29,340 nucleotides of DNA from Candidatus Hodarchaeota archaeon. Its GTDB lineage: Archaea; Asgardarchaeota; Heimdallarchaeia; Hodarchaeales; Hodarchaeaceae. Position 1 is the first letter of the stretch, and each line of letters starts with the position of its first letter. Position numbers and translations under genes: made by a program. Location of the stretch: positions 1 through 29,340 of the forward strand of contig JAEOTQ010000062.1 in the NCBI GenBank assembly GCA_016839785.1. The letters are read 5' to 3'. Shown piece after piece: positions 7,220 through 15,737 of the stretch. Under the pieces are notes generated by a model. That model did not search any database. It saw nothing but the letters and a program-made list of their open reading frames with translations, and was not told where the DNA came from.

Positions 7220-10183
7220 CTAAAATTCCATATAGAGTGCTGGTTTCATTGGTTGTGCCTTTGATGCCTTTTTCAGTGGATCGTTAATTGATTCAGTCTC
7301 AGCAGCGTACACTTCTATCTCACACTCGAAGTGTTGAGATAAATACTGCTCATATCCAGAAATTGCATCTAATTCTTTATCAGTTCCAACAAACTCTTTT
7401 CTAAAAACTTTAGCATCGCCACGAATGACCTTTAGTTCTTTAGCAATATCTTTCATTTTAGGGGTGAACTTCGGATTTGATTTAAGAGTACCCATGACTT
7501 TTCCCATTTTAAAAGATCCTCCTCCTAGTATTTGGGAAACTTCAGCATAAAGGTCTTGTTTCCATACAGGAGCAATAAAAATTATTATCTTTTTAGGAGA
7601 ATCTCGTTTTAGGTCTATAATTGCTTGGATATCTTCTGATAGGTCTTTAATGAAATTAGTTTGAAGCATTAAATCTGCTGCTTCAGCCGATAATTCTAAT
7701 TGAGGCATTTCTCTTAGTGAACAGAACTCAGTTGATCCTAATTTTTCGTTGATTTCTTCACAAACATGTGGAATCATTGGACTGAGAACTACATTCCAAT
7801 GATCGACCATATAGCGAAGAGCTGCGTGCCTTTCCTTCTTAGATATGCCAACAGATGACTTTTGGTAGAATTCAATCTCTCTTAACATAAGATGGAACGC
7901 GTGTGTCACAAAATCTCTTCCATTATACTGATCTAGCTGATTTATGGCTTCCTTTAAATGTGATGTACAAGCAGAAATGAAGGATCGTGTCATAAAAGAT
8001 GATTTATCAGCGTCAAAAGATTTACTTCTAGGATATGAAGTAATTTCATTTATCAACTGCCAAAATTTTCTGAATCTAGTTACAAGGGTGTTTATCCCTT
8101 CATCAGTCCAGTTCAAAACTGTGTCTGCAGATCCAGCAGCAACTAGATACATTCTTGTAACATCGACTGAATACTTCTTTGGCAGAAGCGCGATAGGTAT
8201 GACATTTCCTGCTGATTTCGACATTTTTTCTCCCTCTCGAATCAATAATTCATTTAGGCTGAAACATTTGGGCCAATGTTTCGGAGGGAATATTGCTACG
8301 TGATGAAATATTGCAAATGATAAGTGATTGCCTATATGTGCAATAGCAGTATGTCGTAGATCATTCGGATACCAATAAAGAAATTCTTTTTGCATTTCAT
8401 CTAAAATTTGTGGATTAATACCACTTTTCTTTGAAATTTTCGCTTTTACTCCTTTTTTCAAAAATACGTAATCAAAAACTTCTGGAATCAATTGTTCAGG
8501 ACTAATTTTATTTTTACGAATATGATGAATAATCGTGTAAAAGGCCATGTAAATGACACTGTCGCTCAATGATTCAATTATCCATCCTTGTCCCTTGGTC
8601 AATGGAAATTCCGTTCCTAATCCTCTCTTTCTCACGCAGGGTCTTCGATCCAACCAATCAAAAGTACGTTCGAAGGATTTTCGATATTTCTCAGGAGTAA
8701 TTACCATCTTAGAAAGAGCATCAAATGCTTTTGATTTCCATTTCTTATTACCATAATGTAGAAAGTACTGATCAGGTAATACAGCAACAATGATTTCTCC
8801 ACCACATCTGCAAAAAGCTTTTCTCGAAGTTTCATAAAATACTGCTGCTCTTTTTTCTTCAATTAACGCCTTTGCTACATTATCTTTGGCTTGTTCGACC
8901 TTCTGACCCGCAAATTCCTCTGTAAAGTCCATCATAACGCCATTGTAAAATTCAGAAGAATATATTTCTTGGGTTGCTGTTTCTAGCTTCTCTGTGTCCT
9001 TCTGGTTTTGAACACCTAGCCTTTCAACGATCTCAATCGCAGGAAATTCCCCATAATCTTCAATTGAAATTAATGCAATTGGTTTAATTTTGGCTACCTT
9101 TTCAGCTAAGCCTTCATATTGATCAATCGGTGAAGAATCTTCTTTTAAATCTCTTAATGCTATGTAATCATACGGAGCATGGGCAGGTACTGAGTAAACA
9201 ACCCCTGTTGCATGTTCAGGATCAACAAAAGGCGCTGGAAGGATAGGTAAGGGTCTACCAGGTACGCGTGGAGCATAAACATCTAATCCAATGAAATCGG
9301 ACCCTATTTTTTCCTCTAATTCTTCAATTTCATGATTCTGTTGATGTAATTTTGTAACAGCTTTAGATGAAATTATCCATGTTTCTCCATTTATTCGTAT
9401 TCGTTTGTATTTAGCCTCTGGATGTAACCAAAGATTTGTGGCACCATATATGGTTTCAGGACGAAAAGTTGCTGCAACTAGATAATCTTCCCCTAGTTGA
9501 AATTTTAGCGCAACAAATTCTTGTACCTCAACTTTATTGACATCTGCATCTCTAATATCATCTTCACCAACCGCATTTTTATCAATTTGGCACCAAAGTA
9601 TTGGAAATTCTCCTTGGACAACTAAATTTTGTTCGATCAGATGTTTATACTGCCATTCAATAAATTTGTTATATTCAGGATCTCCAGTTGTAAATTGTCT
9701 ATGAACATCCAATGAATAGCCCATCGCTTTAAAGTCATTAATCATATTCTTAGCAAAATACATAGCAACATTCATAGGTTCTTTGAAAGATTGGACTATT
9801 TTCTTAATCTTCCTTTCGTCACGTTCATAAATGCGTACATAATCTGTATACAATGAGATTGTATGTTTATCTCCCTCTTCTATTTTTGCTGATACAGATA
9901 ATACTGGTGTTCCAGTAATATGGAATGCCATTGGCCAAAGCGTATTATTTCCCAATTGACGTTTATAACGGCAAAACATATCTCCTAGCGTGTAGGTACG
10001 AGCATGCCCTACATGTAATGCTCCTGATGAGTAAGGGTACGGAATTGTTACAAAATATTTCTTTTTCTTATTATCAATTGTCCCTTTGAATATGTCTTTT
10101 TCTGACCATCTATGCTGCCATTTCTGTTCAATTGATCGTAGACTATCGAAAAAATCGCTAATAACACCTTGTGTTTCACTCAA
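7220..10183 (-). CDS. leuS: Leucyl-tRNA synthetase, archaeal/eukaryotic type
   Basis: HVGH and KMSKS class I motifs, FHITGTPV, CP1 editing motifs ATFRPETIYG and GVVYSVPAHAPYDY, C-terminal KAQPMKPALY. TTG start with a GGTG SD. Confidence 0.97.
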   Translation of the reverse strand: MSETQGVISDFFDSLRSIEQKWQHRWSEKDIFKGTIDNKKKKYFVTIPYPYSSGALHVGHARTYTLGDMFCRYKRQLGNNTLWPMAFHITGTPVLSVSAKIEEGDKHTISLYTDYVRIYERDERKIKKIVQSFKEPMNVAMYFAKNMINDFKAMGYSLDVHRQFTTGDPEYNKFIEWQYKHLIEQNLVVQGEFPILWCQIDKNAVGEDDIRDADVNKVEVQEFVALKFQLGEDYLVAATFRPETIYGATNLWLHPEAKYKRIRINGETWIISSKAVTKLHQQNHEIEELEEKIGSDFIGLDVYAPRVPGRPLPILPAPFVDPEHATGVVYSVPAHAPYDYIALRDLKEDSSPIDQYEGLAEKVAKIKPIALISIEDYGEFPAIEIVERLGVQNQKDTEKLETATQEIYSSEFYNGVMMDFTEEFAGQKVEQAKDNVAKALIEEKRAAVFYETSRKAFCRCGGEIIVAVLPDQYFLHYGNKKWKSKAFDALSKMVITPEKYRKSFERTFDWLDRRPCVRKRGLGTEFPLTKGQGWIIESLSDSVIYMAFYTIIHHIRKNKISPEQLIPEVFDYVFLKKGVKAKISKKSGINPQILDEMQKEFLYWYPNDLRHTAIAHIGNHLSFAIFHHVAIFPPKHWPKCFSLNELLIREGEKMSKSAGNVIPIALLPKKYSVDVTRMYLVAAGSADTVLNWTDEGINTLVTRFRKFWQLINEITSYPRSKSFDADKSSFMTRSFISACTSHLKEAINQLDQYNGRDFVTHAFHLMLREIEFYQKSSVGISKKERHAALRYMVDHWNVVLSPMIPHVCEEINEKLGSTEFCSLREMPQLELSAEAADLMLQTNFIKDLSEDIQAIIDLKRDSPKKIIIFIAPVWKQDLYAEVSQILGGGSFKMGKVMGTLKSNPKFTPKMKDIAKELKVIRGDAKVFRKEFVGTDKELDAISGYEQYLSQHFECEIEVYAAETESINDPLKKASKAQPMKPALYMEF

Positions 10184-10290
10184 TGTTTTACACCGTCATT
10201 TGAATTAAATTTTGATTAGAATTAAAGAAAAAACAATGATTTGCAGAGGATACAAAAATAGAGCGTTCTCTAAAGTTTGAAGAATTAGTT

Positions 10291-10317
10291 TTACGGAAGA
10301 AGAACGCAATACCTCAT
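10291..10317 (-). CDS. Putative leuS leader peptide MRYCVLLP
   Basis: atg agg tat tgc gtt ctt ctt ccg taa with a GAGGT SD (10324-10328) 6 nt upstream. It lies between the TATA box and leuS. Confidence 0.6.
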   Translation of the reverse strand: MRYCVLLP

Positions 10318-10347
10318 TGAATTACCTCAAGTCATCCCTTTTTACCC

Positions 10348-10361
10348 TTTTTATATAAAAA
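10348..10361. promoter_or_regulatory. Palindromic TATA box (tttttatataaaaa), likely leuS promoter
   Basis: Matches the archaeal TTTATATA consensus. It predicts a minus-strand TSS near 10330, just before the leader SD. Confidence 0.65.
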
Positions 10362-10502
10362 TTTGGCTATCATCGAAGGACTCAACACTCACCAATAAGT
10401 ATCAGAGCAGTGGGGGGGGTTCAACTGCTGAGGAGAAGGAGAACAATGAAGTCCATCCCTATACGAAATACTCTCTAAAAAAATAGCGAATTAATCTAGA
10501 GA

Positions 10503-11135
10503 TTAATTCGGATGAGAAGGATTATTTTCGCGTATTTGAAGGAAAATATGATGATTTACCATTATTTGGCGAATTAGTTGAATAAATCTTTCAATGGTAT
10601 TAGAATTAACATTGTAGCTCTCAATTTCGATTTCTCTTTCTGAGATGGTAGAAATCAAAATTTTGGAATGATCTTCTACATGTATCCACTCTAAACGTCC
10701 CTTTTTATTTGTCGAATAGTGTCCAACAAATCGATAATACCCAAAATATTTACCTGCTAATCGTTGAACTAAATTTTCAACAGGTATTTCTTTCTCTGAA
10801 GTAATTATCGTAAGAAATCTGTTAAGATCCTTGTTTTGTTCTTGATAATGATGAACAAGCCCCTGATTATCAAAATATTCTCTTATTTTGTCATAGGTTT
10901 CATTACCTAAACCATATCCTCCGTCAGGAGATTGTTGAATTAAGCGATCTTCTTGAAGGCGTTCTAATGCACGAGTCAATTTTTGTTGGTGTACATCTCT
11001 AAGTAAGCGACGAAGACCATTAAAACGAAAGTTGTAGTTTTTCTCCCGTACGGATAACTCCTCTAGTACCGATTCTTCCAATCTCGATAAATATTCTGGG
11101 ACAAAGTCCTCATTATCTTGTCGGTAATCTTCCAA
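10503..11135 (-). CDS. Uncharacterised protein with an N-terminal winged-HTH domain
   Basis: FRFNGLRRLLRDVHQQKLTRALERLQEDRLI...GGYGL wHTH pattern followed by an alpha/beta C-terminal domain. TTG start. Confidence 0.7.
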   Translation of the reverse strand: MEDYRQDNEDFVPEYLSRLEESVLEELSVREKNYNFRFNGLRRLLRDVHQQKLTRALERLQEDRLIQQSPDGGYGLGNETYDKIREYFDNQGLVHHYQEQNKDLNRFLTIITSEKEIPVENLVQRLAGKYFGYYRFVGHYSTNKKGRLEWIHVEDHSKILISTISEREIEIESYNVNSNTIERFIQLIRQIMVNHHIFLQIRENNPSHPN

Positions 11136-11228
11136 AATTACTCACTTCTTTCCTCATCAATTTGTGTATTCAATGATATAAATGGATATAGGTAAACTGT
11201 TTTCTATTTGACAAGTTGCTCTCATTTA

Positions 11229-11813
11229 TTATTCTATGTCCAATTTATGTCTTTTCTCAGTAGTTTTTTGTTTCTTACTGCGTATTTCAAGAACACCATT
11301 ACGGATTGTACTTTTTGTTTGCTTCGGTTCTATTTTCGAGGGCAGATGTATAACTTGATTAATCTCTCTGGTATCAACTTTTCCTTGAAGGGTTAATTCC
11401 AGACCACTTGCACTAACTTCTATACTCAAGCTTTCCTTAGTAAACCCTGGAACCTCTACAAAAATTTTTAAAGAGTCATCTTCATCTAAAATATCCACGA
11501 ACCGATCGGTATTAACTGATTTTGAGGATATTTGAGGACTTTCTGGGCTTTGACTATTGATAGGAAACATATCGAATTGGGGTAAACCTATTTTCTCGCG
11601 ATAGTCGTTTAAATTTCCCCATTGTCTAACCTCCGGTTTATAATCAGTATCTGGCCCGATACGCATTGAATAACCAAATGTTATAGGTCCATCCTCTGCA
11701 TATTCGTTTTTCGATTCGTTCATAGATGTATTGAATTCTTCATTAAATGATCTAAAAATGTCATTTAAGTCAAAATTCCAAAATTCGTCAACAAATCGTC
11801 TTTTTCGATTCAT
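11229..11813 (-). CDS. hsp20: Small heat-shock protein Hsp20 (archaeal type)
   Basis: GPITFGYSMRIGPD..PEVRQWGN N-terminal motif, alpha-crystallin core (VEVPG, LPSKI, NGVLEI) and C-terminal L-D-I. An AGGTGA SD precedes ATG 11813. Confidence 0.93.
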   Translation of the reverse strand: MNRKRRFVDEFWNFDLNDIFRSFNEEFNTSMNESKNEYAEDGPITFGYSMRIGPDTDYKPEVRQWGNLNDYREKIGLPQFDMFPINSQSPESPQISSKSVNTDRFVDILDEDDSLKIFVEVPGFTKESLSIEVSASGLELTLQGKVDTREINQVIHLPSKIEPKQTKSTIRNGVLEIRSKKQKTTEKRHKLDIE

Positions 11814-11850
11814 AATTGTCACCTTTTAATAATTATCTCTGATAGAAATA

Positions 11851-11972
11851 TATTCACGTACTGTTTATAAATTTTATGTTAGTGAATAAATCTATATGAT
11901 GAAGTTACATGAGGGTAAGTTCGATTTTACAGGCAGAAAACGTTTCTAGTAACTTGTGAATAAAAAGTTACA
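11851..11972. promoter_or_regulatory. hsp20/uppP divergent control region with TATA box and repeated operator-like motifs
   Basis: tttataaa at about 11864-11871 is flanked by tattcac/gtgaata. gtaactt-N9-aagttac lies at 11949-11971. Confidence 0.5.
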
Positions 11973-12037
11973 ATTTTCTCAGTATCCTTATACTTTTGAA
12001 TTAATGTTAGGTTTGCTAATTTGAGGATATTTATGAT

Positions 12038-12886
12038 ATGATTGATCTTCTTGCTGCTATACTTATGGCTCTATTTCAAGGAATTGTGGAATGGCTTCCA
12101 ATTTCCTCAGAAGGGCAATTATCATTACTATTTGTGACAATTTATGGTCTCGATGAATTGGCTGCGGTTACATTAGCACTATTTTTACATCTTGGTACAA
12201 TGTTGGCGGTTATTTGGTATTTTAGAAAAGATTTGCTAGAAATGATCAATCTCCGGTCTCCAATGCTGGAAATGATGATCATCACCACGATTGGAACAGC
12301 CCTAACCGCGGTTCCACTTGTTTTAATGTTTAAGACTTATTGGAAGAATTTTACTGACAACCTTATTCTCCCAACCGACCTTCTTTTTGCATTATTTGTG
12401 GGAAGTTTACTAATTGTTACTGGCTTCGTGTTATCAAAACAATCAGACCAAGGAACCAGAGATCTACTCTCTTTAACAAAAAAAGAAGCTCTCTTCCTAG
12501 GACTCGCCCAAGGAATAGCTGCATTGCCAGGTATAAGTCGGAGTGGGATGACTATTACATTTCTACTTATTATTGGCATAATGCATAGAGATGCATTCAA
12601 AATTAGTTTCTTGGTGTCAGTTCCAGCCGTACTAGGAGCTACAGCATTAGAGTTTATATTAGAGGGATTTAAGATAGATATTACTGGAATGACTGTTGGA
12701 AATGTGTTCTTTCCATTCCCCCTATTAGTTCTTTCAATCTTATTAACTGCGATTATTGGAATCTTGACAATGGATTTCTTAATCTCTTTGAAGGAGGTAC
12801 CCTATGACAAGTTTTGTTATGGGTTTGGTACAGCAACGATTGTCCTGGGGACAATATTTTTCTTGATTAAAGTGGTGAGTGCATAA
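12038..12886 (+). CDS. uppP: Undecaprenyl/polyprenyl-diphosphate phosphatase (BacA/UppP family)
   Basis: QGIVEWLPISSEG, LHLGT, AQGIAALPGISRSG and SFLVSVPA motifs; multi-pass membrane protein. Confidence 0.93.
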   Translation: MIDLLAAILMALFQGIVEWLPISSEGQLSLLFVTIYGLDELAAVTLALFLHLGTMLAVIWYFRKDLLEMINLRSPMLEMMIITTIGTALTAVPLVLMFKTYWKNFTDNLILPTDLLFALFVGSLLIVTGFVLSKQSDQGTRDLLSLTKKEALFLGLAQGIAALPGISRSGMTITFLLIIGIMHRDAFKISFLVSVPAVLGATALEFILEGFKIDITGMTVGNVFFPFPLLVLSILLTAIIGILTMDFLISLKEVPYDKFCYGFGTATIVLGTIFFLIKVVSA

Positions 12887-14244
12887 TGACGATACTTACG
12901 ACACACATAAGTTTAGCAGGAATAGTATTTTGGTCCTTTCTATCCTCAGCAGAGAAAGATAACTTTAAAGAAAACAAATTTCTATTTTGGATTGTTCTAG
13001 CCTTTTCGATCCTTCCTGATGTTGACATTTTCTTTGGGATACATCGTGGTTTATCTCATAGCCTTATCCCTCCGACATTATTAGTCATTAGTGGAATCAG
13101 TATCCATATCTTAAACCAATACAGGACAAAACCAAGAAATGAAATAGACAATCTAGCAAATCAACAACAAAATGCGTTTAAAGGACGACTTTTTCTGTAC
13201 GCCGGACTCTTATGGATTTTTCATCTGTTATTAGACTTTGAATACCCTCTTGCGATTTTTTATCCACTTTCTGATCGTCTTTATCAGCTAGATTTTGTTT
13301 ATCTTCTGAGTTTGGTTCCCTGGTTATTCTTTCCAGTGATGATTGTAGGTGTGGAATTTCACTTAACTAGCATTTCATATTTACAGGGTATAGCGAGTTA
13401 CTTTGTCAATCTAACCCCTTCTCAACGGATAGATGTTTTTGGTACGGATATTATTGCAATAAGGATTGAAGATATTTTTATTCATTTGTTTCTGTTTGTA
13501 ATCTTCCTACAAGTCACGAAACCGATGTTTCCGAAGGTATCCATCAAAAGGTTTTGGAATTATAAATCACGGATTCAATACGATGGATACATTCTAACAA
13601 CAGGTTTAGTAATTTTACTGATTGGCCTTGTAATGGGACCTATGATTGGAACTCATGTCACTGATTCTAATACAAATAATTCTTCCTTTAGAATATCAAC
13701 AAATACTTTTGCGCCCTCAATTGCATTGTCCATTGATCCTCCGAGTTACTTTCTTCAGCCAAAAACAATCATGAAAGTAACTGGGTCTCTAATAGTTGAA
13801 TCTGAGAGTGGAGATTTTGACCATATATTATTAGTTTCCTCTCAAGAGCATTATAACGCTTTCACAAGCGATCTTTCACTACTATTCAAGGAGAATCCTC
13901 CCAATACAAGTGAAAATATCATTATTCTCCAAGAGAATTATACGATTCTACTAGATCGACTATATAGCACCGCACTGGCTATGAATCTTACAAATCTAAA
14001 TGAAACAACGATTTATACAGAGATTATAAGTAGTCCTATAATTGTGGTAGGTGTGATGGAAAATTGGAACAATACACAAGTTCTAAGTGGAAATGAACAA
14101 AAAATGAACGTTAAACTAGAAATTACTGTAATAACAAGTCGTTTATCGTTATTTATTATCGGACTTGGCACAATGGTATTAGGAAGTAGTACGATTTTCA
14201 TTTCCGTTATATTAAAAAGGTGTCATATGACAAAATTGCCTTAG
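12886..14244 (+). CDS. Membrane-bound metal-dependent hydrolase (YdjM/DUF457-like) with C-terminal extracellular domain
   Basis: TTH, LPDVD, HRGLSHS and HLLLD motifs. The C-terminal Asn/Ser/Thr-rich loop lies between TM helices. TAATG overlap with uppP. Confidence 0.8.
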   Translation: MTILTTHISLAGIVFWSFLSSAEKDNFKENKFLFWIVLAFSILPDVDIFFGIHRGLSHSLIPPTLLVISGISIHILNQYRTKPRNEIDNLANQQQNAFKGRLFLYAGLLWIFHLLLDFEYPLAIFYPLSDRLYQLDFVYLLSLVPWLFFPVMIVGVEFHLTSISYLQGIASYFVNLTPSQRIDVFGTDIIAIRIEDIFIHLFLFVIFLQVTKPMFPKVSIKRFWNYKSRIQYDGYILTTGLVILLIGLVMGPMIGTHVTDSNTNNSSFRISTNTFAPSIALSIDPPSYFLQPKTIMKVTGSLIVESESGDFDHILLVSSQEHYNAFTSDLSLLFKENPPNTSENIIILQENYTILLDRLYSTALAMNLTNLNETTIYTEIISSPIIVVGVMENWNNTQVLSGNEQKMNVKLEITVITSRLSLFIIGLGTMVLGSSTIFISVILKRCHMTKLP

Positions 14245-14290
14245 ACTCATAGATAGATTCTTCTTCAAATATGAAATAGGTGTTGTACAT

Positions 14291-14476
14291 ATGCCTTCGT
14301 ATCGTTGTCAAAGCTGTGGGAAAATTATATCTCCCATTCCTCAACATTGTGGAAAAGATATGGTTATAGGGGAAGTTAACGGAGCTCCTAGTTTAATTTG
14401 CGTAAATGGTGAAGATTGTCATTATGAAACTCTCCCAAAATGCTGTAGTATGCCCGGATATACCCGATGGATATAA
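14291..14476 (+). CDS. Small Cys-rich metal-binding protein
   Basis: AGGTG SD. CxxC...PQHCG and Cx5C...PKCC motifs in 61 aa. Confidence 0.8.
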   Translation: MPSYRCQSCGKIISPIPQHCGKDMVIGEVNGAPSLICVNGEDCHYETLPKCCSMPGYTRWI

Positions 14477-14484
14477 ATCAGAGT

Positions 14485-15702
14485 TTAATTAATAAGTAAA
14501 TTTAAATATTTAATAAATGGGAATGCAAGAGACACTTTCAGTGGAACACGGCAATGAACTACATCAGATACATCTGACGTTTTTAGACGATTTAAATACC
14601 ACTGTACTCGATTATCACTTCCAGAAGAGATTTTGTCAAACAATTGTCTCAGTTTATATGAACGAATAAACATTGTCATCATTTGTTCTTCCCATTTAGT
14701 CTGATAATCACTAAGTGATCCATTTCCGATCAAATAGCTATGAATTGTATCCGCAGCAATAGACCCAGCTACCATTGCTGTTGGTATCCCACCTCCAACA
14801 CTTGAAACCACTTGACAAGCAGAATCACCAACTAAAAGAGTCTTCGAATTCTCATCAACAGTTTTCTTTAAGGGTAACCCAACAGGGACCAGACCACCAA
14901 TTGTCGTTTCAATTGTAGCTGAGCGTAACAATTCACTCACATAAGGGTGATTCAAAGTGAAATTGTCTAATGCTTGGGAAACAGTAATTCTACCTTTAGA
15001 CATTGGAATCCGTAAACCAACACCCACATTGGCAGTTGTACCATCTTTGGGAATCACCCAAGCATATGCTCCTGGAGCGTAATTCTCCCCGAAAAACATC
15101 TGAATATCAGTTGGATCAAACTTTGAGGAATCTATATTTGTCATCACATGCTGTTTGACGTAAACAAAATGTTCTGTATTCCGCTTTTCAGCTAACCCAG
15201 CCCATCGAGCAATCCGTGATCGGGCACCATCTGCTCCAATAATGACTTGTGCTTCTATAGGTTCAGGAGATAATCCTTTACGAGAAACCCATGTTGTAGT
15301 CTTTTTCATATCAGTAGCTCGTGATGATCTCCAAATTTGAGCTCCAGCGGATTCAGCAGAATCTAATAAATCTTCATTCCAAGCTCCACGATGTAAGGTA
15401 TAGCCTTCAAAAGGAGTTTGGATTACTTTTCCTGAGGGGGAATGGAAACTTATTCTATTTGTTCTGGTGCTGATAAATTTCGAATTAAATTTATAAAAAT
15501 TATGAGCATCAGGAACATTTGGAGTAAGAATAGCCATTTCCTCTGGGGAAGGCATAAATTCACCACATTGTACAGGAAACCCTGGTCGTTCTCGCTTGTC
15601 TATCCCGAGTATTGAATATTCTTTACCGACGATTTTTGTTAAATTGTATAACGTGGATGCTCCAGCTGGACCTAATCCTACAACTAGCACATCAACTTTC
15701 AT
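14485..15702 (-). CDS. Geranylgeranyl reductase family flavoprotein (DGGGPL reductase-like)
   Basis: VVGLGPAG FAD motif, PVQCGE, IGADG, PGAYAWVIP, GDSACQV..GGGI. Confidence 0.93.
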   Translation of the reverse strand: MKVDVLVVGLGPAGASTLYNLTKIVGKEYSILGIDKRERPGFPVQCGEFMPSPEEMAILTPNVPDAHNFYKFNSKFISTRTNRISFHSPSGKVIQTPFEGYTLHRGAWNEDLLDSAESAGAQIWRSSRATDMKKTTTWVSRKGLSPEPIEAQVIIGADGARSRIARWAGLAEKRNTEHFVYVKQHVMTNIDSSKFDPTDIQMFFGENYAPGAYAWVIPKDGTTANVGVGLRIPMSKGRITVSQALDNFTLNHPYVSELLRSATIETTIGGLVPVGLPLKKTVDENSKTLLVGDSACQVVSSVGGGIPTAMVAGSIAADTIHSYLIGNGSLSDYQTKWEEQMMTMFIRSYKLRQLFDKISSGSDNRVQWYLNRLKTSDVSDVVHCRVPLKVSLAFPFIKYLNLLIN

Positions 15703-15737
15703 GAGAGTTTTTCCTATGATATACTATTGAAGAGAGA

